Origin: Camelus dromedarius
Lineage: Eukaryota
NCBI RefSeq assembly: GCF_036321535.1
Contig: NC_087451.1
Location: 19,158,001 to 19,222,000 of the forward strand
Reading direction: 5' to 3'
Length of the DNA stretch: 64,000 bases
The notes beneath the pieces are model-generated. The model had not been told where the DNA came from. It searched no databases and saw nothing but the letters and a program-made list of their open reading frames with translations. Of the stretch, positions 52,915-64,000 are shown one piece after another. Made by a program: the position numbers and the translations under genes. Positions within the stretch are counted from its first letter, which is position 1. Each line of letters opens with the position of its first letter.

Positions 52915-53720
52915 CAGAACACTGGCTCTGGAGCAGATAGGCTAGGTCTGCATCCCAAGTTTACCAACTATAATAGCTGTGTAACTTTGGGAGGTTGCTT
53001 AACCTCTCTGTGCCTTAGTGTCCTTTGCTCTAAAATAGTGCCCTACTTATGAGAAATATCAAGATTTGAGAAGACTGCCTAGCACATACTAAGAGCTCAA
53101 TAAATGCTTCTCTTTACATGATCATTTCAGTTTTGTTTATTCTGTAATATTATTCCAGAGTGAGAACTTTGTGAGCGGGTGGGGCTTTTGTGGTCCTGCC
53201 TGGGGTTAGTGCTGGTTCGCCTCCCTCAGGCAACTCTGTTCAGTACACATGCCAGGAGGGAGACAGCTCCTCATTCTTTGGTTAGCAGCTAAATTCTCAA
53301 TGTTTCTTTCTCTAGGAAACCTTTTCAGAGCAGGTACTTCCCATGGGTACGAACATCCAGGGATCATGATGCTAAATTGTCAGAAGCTGAACCAGACCCT
53401 CCAAATGGTTGGGGAGGCAGAACATTTACACAGGCAGTCCTTGTGGGAAGGCAACAAATTCAGCTGGGACTCGCAGGAGGGGCAGGTTTGACCACTATCA
53501 TAACAATGGCTGCTGTTTATATAGATCCTAACCGTGCCCTCAGCTTTCAGCGGCTTATCTCATTAATCCTCTCAAAAAGTCAGTATGGTAGGTACTATCA
53601 TCAGAGGAGAGAACTGAGGTTAAAAGAATTAAGTCACTTACCCAGGCTCAGAAAGCCCCCAAGGGGCAGGGCCAAAGATGTGCACCTGGGCTGTCTGAAG
53701 CCACACCCAAGTTCTAAATA
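52915..53720. mobile_element. Two MIR elements (about 52915-53110 on +, about 53510-53720 on -)
   Basis: MIR core motifs ctggctctggagcag...ttaacctctctgtgccttagt and cttatctcattaatcctc...gaactgaggtt. Confidence 0.7.
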
Positions 53721-54699
53721 ATTGTGCTTGACTGACTTCACCCAGAGTCTGGTGTTTAAAAAAAAATTTTTTTTGGGGGGGGTGCTGAAAACTATGTGAT
53801 TGGGAAAGAAAAATTGATTCTGGGAAGAAATAAGGCAGCGTCTGGTAACACTGAAAACACATCTTACTACTCAGCAAAACCACTTCTAGGTGGACTCCTT
53901 AGAAAAAAGGTTGCATGGGCAGCAAGAGTTGCACGAAAACGTTCATGTCATAGTTGCTCTTAAGGGAGGATGACAAGAAACCACCTTACTATTCCCTTCA
54001 GTAGGGAATAGGTAAACGACACGTGGTGTAGTCACTTACAAGAGAAATTTACTACAGCAGTTTCAGGAAATGAATTTATATGTGTATGTGTAAGCAGATG
54101 TAGCTCAGAAATGTTGGGTGAAAATATAATTCGCAAGAAACAAAGCAAAACACAATAATAGAAGTAGGTTATGGAAATTAAAAATATAAAACGACGATTG
54201 CTTATTAATTTACACACACACACACACGAGTATGGCAGATAGGCAAGAAGAATAAAAATTCACAAAACCTATGGTAGTGATGGTCCAGGGACAGGAGGGG
54301 ATGTCTGCTTATGGCACTGGGGATCTAATCAAAGAGTTTTTAGCTTTATTAACAAAGAAAAACTTAAAAACTATTTGGTGGGGATATATGTTATGTTACT
54401 ATTGCACCTGTTTGTACCTGTTTATTTTCTTAAAATAAAAAAAAAATCTAAGAAGGTAAAATAAAAATTATGGAACATTTTAACCATATAAAAAGGTAAA
54501 GAGAATAACGTATCCCCAGATACCCATGACACAGCTTCCAGAATAATCAACATTCCGCCTTTATTATCTCATGCATAACTTGAGCCACTCCCCACGACCC
54601 CACCAATGTTTCTGAGGTAAAACACACACACGGTGAAATGCTATCATACCATTTTTGATGACAAAATGTGACAAATTTTGATGCAGCTCTGTAACCCAC

Positions 54700-56040
54700 C
54701 CCTACCAAGACAAAGACATTTTCCTGTATTTTCTTCTCAAAAGTTTTATGTTTAGGTCTATTAACCACCTCAAGTTAACTATTGTGTATGATGTGAGGTG
54801 GGGGTAAAAGTTCATTTTTCAGCTCCAGATGTTTCAGGGCCATTTGTTAAAAAGCTTCCCTCTCCCTGCTGATTCACTTTGGTGCCTTCGGAGACAATCA
54901 TTTGTCAACGAACTATATTCATTGGTTGTTGTTCTACCATAGCTTTATAGAATCTTAAGTATTTTAAGATCTCCAACTTTCTACTACTCTCTTCATTTTG
55001 GAATCAATTTGTCAGTTCCCACAAACAAGGCTGGTAGGATTTTTGACTGGGATTGAATTAAATAATTCTGATGAGGACTGACACCTCTTGAGTTTCTGAT
55101 CTACAAGTATGGTATCTCTCCATTATTTAAATCTTCCTTAAATTCTCTCAGCAGTATTTTGTAGTTTTCAATACAGAGCTCTTGTCCAACTTTGGTTAAA
55201 TTTATCCCTGAGTATGCCATGTTATTGGATGCTATTGTAACAGCATTGTTTTTAAAATTCATTTTTTGATTTCAGATTCAAAGTCGCTATTATATAAAAA
55301 TACAATTTATGTATATAGCCTTTGAAATTTGTAACCTTGCTATAATCACTTATTAGTTCTAATAGTGTTAAATGAATTTTCTATTAGGACTTTTTATGTA
55401 CACAAAAAGCAGCTTTATTTCTTCTTTTCCAACTGTTACATTGATTTCTTTTTCTTGCCTCCAGTTTACAGTGCTGAAGTGGTGAGAGTTGAATCCTTTT
55501 CTAGTTCTTGATCTTAGAGGAAAAGCAATCAACCTGTCACTACTATGTATGTTCATGGTAACTTGATTGCCGGTGCCCTTTATTAAAATGAGTAAGTCTC
55601 CCTTTTCCTAGTTTGCTAGGAGGTTGGTTTTTCTTTTCTTTCTTTTTAAAATCATGAATAGGTGTTGCATATTGTCAACTGCTTTTTATGCATTGATTGA
55701 AACTGATCATCTAATTTTTACCCTTTCATCTGTCAGTGTGGCAAATTACATTTATTTTTCAATGTGAAAATGTTGCAGTCCAGGGACAAATTCCACTTGG
55801 GCAAGACATATTTATCATTTTTATATTTTACTAGGCTTGATTTGCTAAAATTTGTCATATTTTTGTATATATATGCTAAAAGGAATACTGGTCCAAATTT
55901 CCTTCTCTTGTAATATGCCCTTGTTTGGTTTTGGTAAAAGGATTATTTTGGCCTCATAAAATGAATTGGGCAGTGTTACTTCCCCTATATCTTGGAAGAG
56001 TTTATGTGAGATTCCTATCATTTCTTCCTCAGATGTTTGA
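54700..56040 (-). mobile_element. Old L1 ORF2 (reverse transcriptase to C-terminal region)
   Basis: ORF 55845-56144 includes KLFQDIGEVTLPNSFYEAKIILLPKP, resembling L1 ORF2p TLPNSFYEASITLIPKP. Confidence 0.85.
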
Positions 56041-56044
56041 AGAG

Positions 56045-57245
56045 AAGAACAAAGGAGACACACAGCAAATAGCACTAAGACAGCAGATTTAAACCTAAAC
56101 CTAACAATAACTCCATGAAATATTAATGAACCAATCAAAAGCAACTCAGTAAGGGAAAGCTATTTCAACAAGTGGAGCTAGAACAACTGGATATCTATAA
56201 GAAAAAAATTATCTTGATGTCACATCATAAAAAAAACTTTTAATCAATCAATCAGTCAATCAAGGCTCATAGACCTAAGCGTAAAACCTAAAACTACAAA
56301 GGTTCTAGATGAAAATATACGAGAAAGTACTAGAGAATATCCTTGGGACTTTGGGATATGATTTCCTAAAGAGGTCACAGCAAATAGTTAAAAGAAAAAA
56401 GATGAATCTTCTGCTCCTCTTAAGAGCTGTTAAATAGGCAAGCAAGAAGTCAGGAGAAAACTCACATATCTGACAAAAGAGACTCCTATTCAGAATATAC
56501 AAATAACTCCAAAACTCAATAATACAGAAAGCAAATAAACCAATTTTAAAAATGGGGAAAAGACTTGAATAGCCATTTCACATATGGCACAGACATGGCC
56601 AACAAGCACATGCAAACTGTTTCAGGTAGTTAACAAAGAAACTGCAAATTAAAACCACAATGAGATACCACATGAGTAAAATCGACAAACCAAATAATGA
56701 GACAGGATGTTATCTTGCTGGTAGAACTGTAAAATGGTACAACCGCTTTGAAAAATTAGAACTTTTTAATAGAGTTAAAAAAATACATAGATCTACTTCT
56801 CACTCTGACCTAGCAATTCCATTCCTAAGAATTTATCCAAGAAACATAGAAACATATGACCACAAAAATAATTTTACAAGAAAGTTAATAACAGCTTTAT
56901 TTAAAATAATCCCAAACGGTAAACAACTCAAACCTCCATCAAAAAGAGAATGGCTAAACAATCGATGGTTTATTCATCCAATGGGATATATTAACTGAAA
57001 AGAGCAAAGTGCGGATAAGCCGCTGATACATGCAATAAAACGGGTGAAATTTCAGGTATTATGCTGATGGAAAGAAGCCCGACACAAAGGAGCACATACT
57101 GTGTAATTCCATTTATGTGAAGTTCTCCAACAGACAAACCTAACCCTTGGAGACATAAATCTAAATTAGGTGGGGGTCGGGTCAGATACAGACTGGGAAG
57201 CAGCATGAGAAATTTGTATTTTGATAGTCGGTGGTTGTAAACGCT
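56045..57245 (+). mobile_element. Old L1 (ORF2 C-terminus and 3' region), opposite orientation to the adjacent element
   Basis: ORF 56660-56998 (MRYHMSK...GRTVKWYNRFEK...DLAIPFLRIYPRNIETY) resembles the L1 ORF2p C-terminus. Confidence 0.85.
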
Positions 57246-57570
57246 ACCGCAGTGTAGAAAAACGCTCGTAAGTATCGCGAATAGTGTCCGGTTCGGAGCA
57301 GGTGCGTGGTACGTGACCGCGCCCTAAACGATGAGGATGCGGGAGAAACCGATTGGGGTTAGACATCGCGCGGGGCCAGCCGCCCCCAGCAGGCAAGAAC
57401 TAGCTGGGACCGGAGGCCAGCACTCAAGACCTCGGGCCACGCCCCTCTCCAAGGCCCGCCCCTTCCGCTTTCACGACGTTCACTCTGCGTCCGAAATGGG
57501 GATGGCTCAACCCAAAGCCGGATACAGAAGAAACTGCTTCTCCGCCACGACAAATGGCCCATCGTTATAC
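57240..57570. promoter_or_regulatory. CpG-rich internal promoter in TP53 intron 1
   Basis: High CpG density; ATTGG 57352-57356, KLF/SP boxes 57437-57445 and 57455-57462, TACGTG 57310-57315; ETS CCGGAAGT at 58132-58139 nearby. Confidence 0.6.
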
Positions 57571-58579
57571 TCTTTTATCGTTTAATTCTCAGATGTACTC
57601 ATTCTTGAGTACCCAGGGTTTGCCCTCTGACACCTAAAAAAAAAAAAACAAAAACCGTCCCACGCAATGGTAGTGTCCACTAGGACAGCCCTCCACCGGG
57701 ATGGAGCACACCATTCAAACGGGGGGGAAGGATTGCGGTTTGCATCAAAACAAACCCCTCTTCCTTTCCGAAAGAGGTAACTAAGTACTTCAGGAAGGAA
57801 AAAAAAGAAAGAGGTTAGCAGCCCCCCTCCTCAAGTAATAGGAACCCGTCTGGAAGACTTTTCCTCTACTTCCCTTACATCGGGTGACTAGTGGGCTGCT
57901 CCGAAAAAAAGAAACCGGAAATGCTCTTGCAAGCGGCATAAATGTAAAAGTAGAGGCAAACAATAACAAGGCTCCCTGGCCTTTTCAGGCCGGTTTAGTC
58001 CTTCTGGGCTTCGCGGGCAAACCTGTTGTTTAGCACGTCCAATTTCCACAACATATAGTGTTTAATTGGCTTTTCTCCATCTAGCGGAGCCTGGGGCCAG
58101 TTGGAAAGATCACTCCAGGAAGGACAAAGGTCCGGAAGTAATGGGACCTTAGCAGCCTGGACTTCCCGGATCACCTCGAATAACCACTTCGGAATGGAAC
58201 CCGAGGTCCCACTGGGATTCCATAGGCTTTAAAATCTAGAGCCATGAAACCCGAAAGTTCCGAGATCTGAAAATCTCAGACCCTGATGCTCTGTGCGTCT
58301 TATTTCGGGGTCCCCCACACCAGCCCTGGGATGGGGGTGATGGTGGCGGTTGGGGTAAGAACCCCCTAGGCCGGCTCAAGATTCCCCAAAGCCCTTCTCC
58401 CTGGTCCAGATGTTCAGCTTTGAGTTCGGCTGGTCCTAACACCCCCATCATCTGCACGCAGGCCTCCTAACATTGCATTCCTTGGCTGGTGCGGCTAGCG
58501 AAGCTTCCATTCCCTCCAAAATCGCTAAGACCCCAATGCCCCACCCCCAGCCCCCTCTATTTCACCGAGCTGAAAATTC

Positions 58580-58859
58580 ACGGAGCGGAAATCTCGTGAC
58601 TCAGAGAGGACTCATCAGGCTCAGTGAAGAGCTTACCCGAAGCTCAGGGGAGCGTGTCACCGTCCTGGGATGCACGCTCCGAGACCGGACGCCAGGTGAC
58701 CCCGGAGCCCAGAGGCTACCTGCGAACACGATGGTGGCTCTGGACTTTTGAGGAGCTCAAAACTTTTAGCGCCAGTCCGGAGCACATGGGAGGGGGAAAT
58801 CCCAATCCCAGCAACCCTCGCGAGGCTCCTGGCACAAAGCTGGACAGTCGCCATGACAA
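58580..58859 (+). other. WRAP53: WRAP53 exon 1-alpha homologue (antisense to TP53 exon 1); 5' boundary uncertain
   Basis: Plus-strand donor GCCATGACAA|GTAAGG at 58859/58860, in the position recalled from human. Confidence 0.6.
58637..58810 (-). other. TP53: TP53 non-coding exon 1 and P1 promoter core
   Basis: Minus strand GGGATTGGGATTTCCCCCTCCCATGTGCTCCGGACTGGCGCTAAAAGTTTTGAGCT...TTCGG|GTAAGC; NF-kB site 58794-58803 and E-box 58783-58788. Splices to the exon 2 acceptor at 51047. Confidence 0.92.
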
Positions 58860-59084
58860 GTAAGGGCAAGTAATTACCCTGAGGGCGGAGGCGATGGGAA
58901 CGGAGAGTAGGAGAGGAGGGTGTGGGGAGAGTCAGGACTCTCGCCTTATTGGTACGGTAGCTACAGACCGGGATGGGTAAGTTCGACAAACCAGAGCCAG
59001 GAGGGCAGAATTGGTGGAAACCATCTTGGAAGACTTCTGCCAGTGTGTCAAATAGAAGATAAAAGGAAGAAAGCCTTTGCACTT

Positions 59085-59395
59085 GATATTCCCTCTGCCT
59101 GGAACACTCCTAGATAGCTAGAGAGTTTTTACTCATCAGCTAAAATGTCATCTTATAGGAAGGTCTTCCTTAATGTCCCAGTCTAACTTACACTCCTAGA
59201 TACGCTATATCACACTATCTTATTTAATTTCCTTCACAGCCCTTATCGTTTTCTGAAATGATTTGTTCTTTGCCTTAAGTACACAGGGATCTTATATACT
59301 ATCTTACTTGTTGTTGTGTTTCCCAGTGCCTAGTACAGTACTGGGTAGCAAGTAAGAGCTCAATAATAAGTACTTACTGAATGAATGAAAAGAGA
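59085..59395 (+). mobile_element. LINE-2 3' fragment inside the TP53/WRAP53 promoter region
   Basis: ctttgcacttgatattccctctgcctggaacac...cccagtgcctagtacagta...tgaatgaatgaa. Confidence 0.75.
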
Positions 59396-59450
59396 TGAAA
59401 GTCTGAGGAATTTAGCGAATGAGATGCAAGAGTCAAAACCTGTAAAATGA

Positions 59451-59582
59451 AATATGGCGCTAGCGCCCTCTGCAGGTTGGGGATGGGAGTAGATGCTTTC
59501 AGAATGACCGCACAAGACGGCAGGGGGAGCGCAGGCACTTCTCGCCCAAACAGAAGCTTTCGGACTACGACTCCCAGCAGCC
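59451..59582. promoter_or_regulatory. YY1, CTCF and ZNF143/THAP11 motif cluster upstream of TP53 and at the WRAP53-beta promoter
   Basis: AATATGGCG 59451-59459; GCGCCCTCTGCAGG 59463-59476 (reverse CTCF); ACTACGACTCCCA 59564-59576. Confidence 0.6.
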
Positions 59583-59983
59583 ACTAGGAGCCCCGGGGCT
59601 TGATGGGAACGATACCCCGTGATCTGGTACGCCCCTGCCCCGCCCCTCCGTGGGTGGCCCGCGAAATCTGATCCGGGATACCGAGGTCCAATCGAAAGAT
59701 GGGCCCAAATCCCGCGAGAGCAGGTGGTGCGTAGCGACCCACAGGGCTGAGGAACGTTGTGCTTTCCATTAATTGCTGCACGCTTGTTAGCCTAGTCTTC
59801 CGGGGAAGGGGGTATCTTCTGGCCCCCTCCCGGGAACAGAAGGAAGGCACAGGTGGGTTTCTCCAGTTATGCGTCCCGATCCTTGCGAACTTTGAAGCAG
59901 TCTCGGCCTTGCCGGGCAGCTGGTAGCCGGCAGGAAGAGAGTTGCCTGGCCGCGGCCAATGTCTGCCGCGCTTTCTCTGCAGT

Positions 59984-61001
<1,018 letters not shown>

Positions 61002-61229
61002 GTAAGGGTAGGGGCTAACTGCCCCTTCATCAGGCACTGCACATTTAAGACCTTCCTGGGGGTGGAGAAAGTACAGTCCACATGTTTCCTGTTCACAGGC
61101 AGGATGTTTCTTCACCATGAGTTTCCCCAGGTAGCATTTTCTGCCCTGAATTCTAAAATGATTTAAAGAGATGTTTGTCGTTCTTTAGTAAGGAATATGT
61201 GTTTTCTGTAAAAGAGTAGTGGATTTCTC

Positions 61230-64000
61230 ACTGTAGTTTTTAATTAACTTGCAGATATTTATTGAATGACTACCAGTAGGTTAGTTACTGTGTTTGGTGT
61301 TGGGATAAAGTGATACATGAGACAGATGAAGAGCTGGTTTGCTTTCTTGGGTGGGAGATAGACAGCAAACATGTAAACGAATGAGTAATGAAGTTCACTA
61401 TGGATTGTAAGACATGCTGTGAAGGAAACAGAATGAGAAGAGGTTACCTAGAGGATCCCACTTTAGATAAAGTGGTCAGGGAGGGGCTCTCTGAAAAGGA
61501 GACATTTGAGCTGAGATGTGAGGAATGACGAGGTCAGTCATATGAAGAGCTGTAGAGAGAGCTTTCCAGGAAGAGGCAAAGATGCTACAAAGACCCAGAG
61601 CTGGGAAAGAGTTTTGTGTATTCAAGGAACAGAAAGAAGGCCAATATGCCTGGACTGAGGCCAGTGGGCGGAAAGTGTGGTCAGGATGGAGAAGTGGATC
61701 TTGTGGGTAGGGCATTTGGAGTGCTTTGGGAAGCCATGGGAGAGTTTTAAAAAAGAAAAGTGAAATGATGGCTGAAGTTGAGAGAATGGATTGTGAGTGG
61801 GCAAGAGTGGAGACTCATTAGGATGCACTTATGGGCCAGGCGAGAAATGATGTTGGCGTGGGCTAGAGTGGTGTCAGGAGAGAGAGATGTGGGTGGATTT
61901 GAAGTATATTTCATAGGACTTGGAAATCAATGGGGTGGATGGGGGTGCATTTTACTCACAGGATATGAAGAGGTATTGAGACAGAAGTCAAAGGTTTTTA
62001 GGTCCCTTAAATGTGGAATGTAAAGCTGAGGGGAGACTTTGAGAAGGGCGCTAGGGATATACTTTGGAAGTGGGAGAGCATGTTGATGGTGTCTTGTCGA
62101 TGGTGTCTTGTCAATCTCACGAGAGGGTAGATGGATGAGGAAAGGCTTGTGCAGAGCCTGGAGCGCCCCAGCCTGTGGAGGTGGATGCTGGAGAAATCAC
62201 AAAAGTGGAGGCAAAGAGTCATGTCTGACACTGTTAAGAGTGAGGGCAAATTTAGAGAATGACCCAAGAAGATCTCAGTGACCTCGACAAGAGCACTTTG
62301 AAAGAAGGGACGGAGGCAGAAGTCGATTAGAGTGGGTGGAGGAAACAATTCCTTAAAAGTGTTTTCCTGTGAAAGGGAGCTGAGAAATGGAATGGTGACC
62401 AGAGGGAATGTGGGGCTAAAGAAAGACTAACGGGATGCTCCTGTGAGGTCAGGAATAACCCAGTAGAGAGGGAAGAATTACTGCTGGAGGAGAGAGGTGG
62501 GGGTGAAAGTCTCTGTGGCTGGGTGAAGATGGTCCAGAGCACATTGGTGGACTGGACTTTAATAGGGGCAGAATCCTTCCTCGCGGTAGGAGGGAGGGCA
62601 GAGGATGCAGTCAGAGCCAGCAATTTGGTTGTTGGAAGACTGGGGTATCTCTGTCTCTTGGCTGCTCATTGGAGCAGAAAGGGAAGTTACCAGCTGAAGG
62701 AAGAGGTTTGCAGGGAGAGAGCAGATGTGAAACGATCAGTCCTGGGGAGGAGAAAATCAAAACCACCATGGAATGTGGTAGTATGGCTATTCTTTGCTCA
62801 GTGCCCACTGGAAATTTGTGTCAGCCACTTAAAGTGAGACTGGTGGGCATGGCTGTGCATCTTTCCCCAACAGCTGACTATGGTTTCTCTTTTTTACGAT
62901 GAGGAGGATAATAGGACCCACCTCAGAGCTGTGCTGAGAATGAGAAGAATTAGTGTAAAGTCTTATAACAGTGCTTGGCCTGTAGTAAGTGTGCAGTACA
63001 CACTGGTTGTCCTTGGTGTTAGTTGAGTGCAAGCTTGGGCTGGGAGGTCTGGCTGGGGTTTGCTGGGAGAGAAAGACCTGGGGGGTTTTGAGGGTGTTTA
63101 CGGGGGTGTGCCTGTCATGGTTGATCAGAATGTAAAATGAGTGGGAAAACCGACTGTAAATGGGTTTTTGATGGAGTTGGACAATTGTTGTGGTAGATAC
63201 AGCAGAGCAAGGGAGCTGAGTGGATTGGGGGTTGTGGTGATGACTCGATTGTGGGAGGGGGCGGCGGGTGCAGAGTGAAGGCCACTGCTGTGAGTGCTGA
63301 GGAAGCCAAAGGATGGCAGAGGCCAGGGTGTGGGATGTTTTCATTCATTCTCTCATTGATTCATTCATTTGACACATTTTCCTTGAGCCTGTTCTATGTG
63401 CCAGGCCTGTTTTAGGTGCTGGGGATCAGTCGGGAGCAAAACAGACACAAGTCCCTGTCCTCATGAAGCTTCTGTTCTAGTGTGGGAAACAGGCAATAAA
63501 GAAATAACAAAGTAAAATATCTGTCTGACAAGTGCCATGGAGAACAATGAAGCAGAGAGGAGGACTGGGGGAATTAATTGCAACTTTAAAAAGGGGGTGG
63601 TCGGAGAAGGCTTCACTACTAAGGTGACATTGGAGCAGAGAGACCTGAGAAAGTCAGGGAGTGAGCCAGCCTGATATTTGGACGAAGAATATGATGGGTA
63701 GAGAGAACAGCAAGTTCAAAGTCAGCAGGAATAACAGGAATATCAGTGTGGGCAGTGAGACAGTGCCCAGGAGAGAAAGTCTCAGTGACTGAGGGAGAGA
63801 GACAAAAGGGAGGAGCTAGTCTGACTGGCAGAACTGCAGAGGAGGTAGAGTTGGGGAGGTGGAAGGATTTGGAAATGCTAGTAAGGAACAAGTGGTTGAC
63901 ATCCACTCACCTCCAGTCCTTGAGGTTTGTACTGGGGAGAGGAGTGAGAATTAAAGGCATTTCAGCTTGAGAAGGCCACAGGGTCAGCGAGGGTTGGTCA
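61230..64000 (-). mobile_element. Long LINE-2 remnants (with a MIR near 62890-63000) in a WRAP53 intron
   Basis: Reverse L2 3' ends at about 61250 and 63345 (cattcatttgacacattttccttgagcctgttctatgtgccagg), purine-rich L2 body; boundaries approximate. Confidence 0.75.

Noticed and set aside
54700-57245. Single L1 with a twin-priming 5' inversion
   Set aside because: The two arms cover overlapping L1 coordinates, which fits two independent insertions better.
58716-58787. 23-codon upstream ORF in TP53 exon 1 (MCSGLALKVLSSSKVQSHHRVRR)
   Set aside because: The AUG lies within the promoter E-box near or upstream of likely start sites, so inclusion in the mRNA cannot be supported from sequence alone.

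Overview
Mammalian genomic DNA, most likely a camelid. The species call rests on five copies of a tRNA-derived SINE of the camelid type and an artiodactyl-like p53 sequence. The window is syntenic with human 17p13.1. Gene order: MPDU1 (+, exons 2-7), SOX15 (-), FXR2 (-), SAT2 (-), SHBG (+), ATP1B2 (+), TP53 (-), WRAP53 (+, 5' part). I mapped exons by eye from splice signals and translation; comparisons to human proteins are from memory, not from a database search. Four N gaps hide FXR2 exons 1 and 2, part of the FXR2 3'UTR and the coding part of ATP1B2 exon 1; these are assembly artefacts, not gene loss. There is no CRISPR array, rRNA or true tRNA. The main observations are: (1) SHBG carries a compensated -1/+4 frameshift in exon 4, two destroyed splice acceptors (exon 5 AG>AA, exon 7 AG>AT) and several radical substitutions. 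It has no stop codon, and every lesion has an in-frame rescue, so it is either decaying or remodelled in this lineage. (2) ATP1B2 intron 5 holds two in-frame microexons (27 nt RPHHHRDKG, 21 nt KPIPEDG) with neural/photoreceptor-type splicing signals. (3) The TP53 isoform architecture differs from human: the beta-exon homologue sits 96 nt from exon 10 and reads in another frame, and the Met40 and Met133 start codons are absent. (4) Several nested transposon insertions retain their target-site duplications. I found no evidence of a wholly new gene system; the strongest novelty candidate is the state of SHBG.
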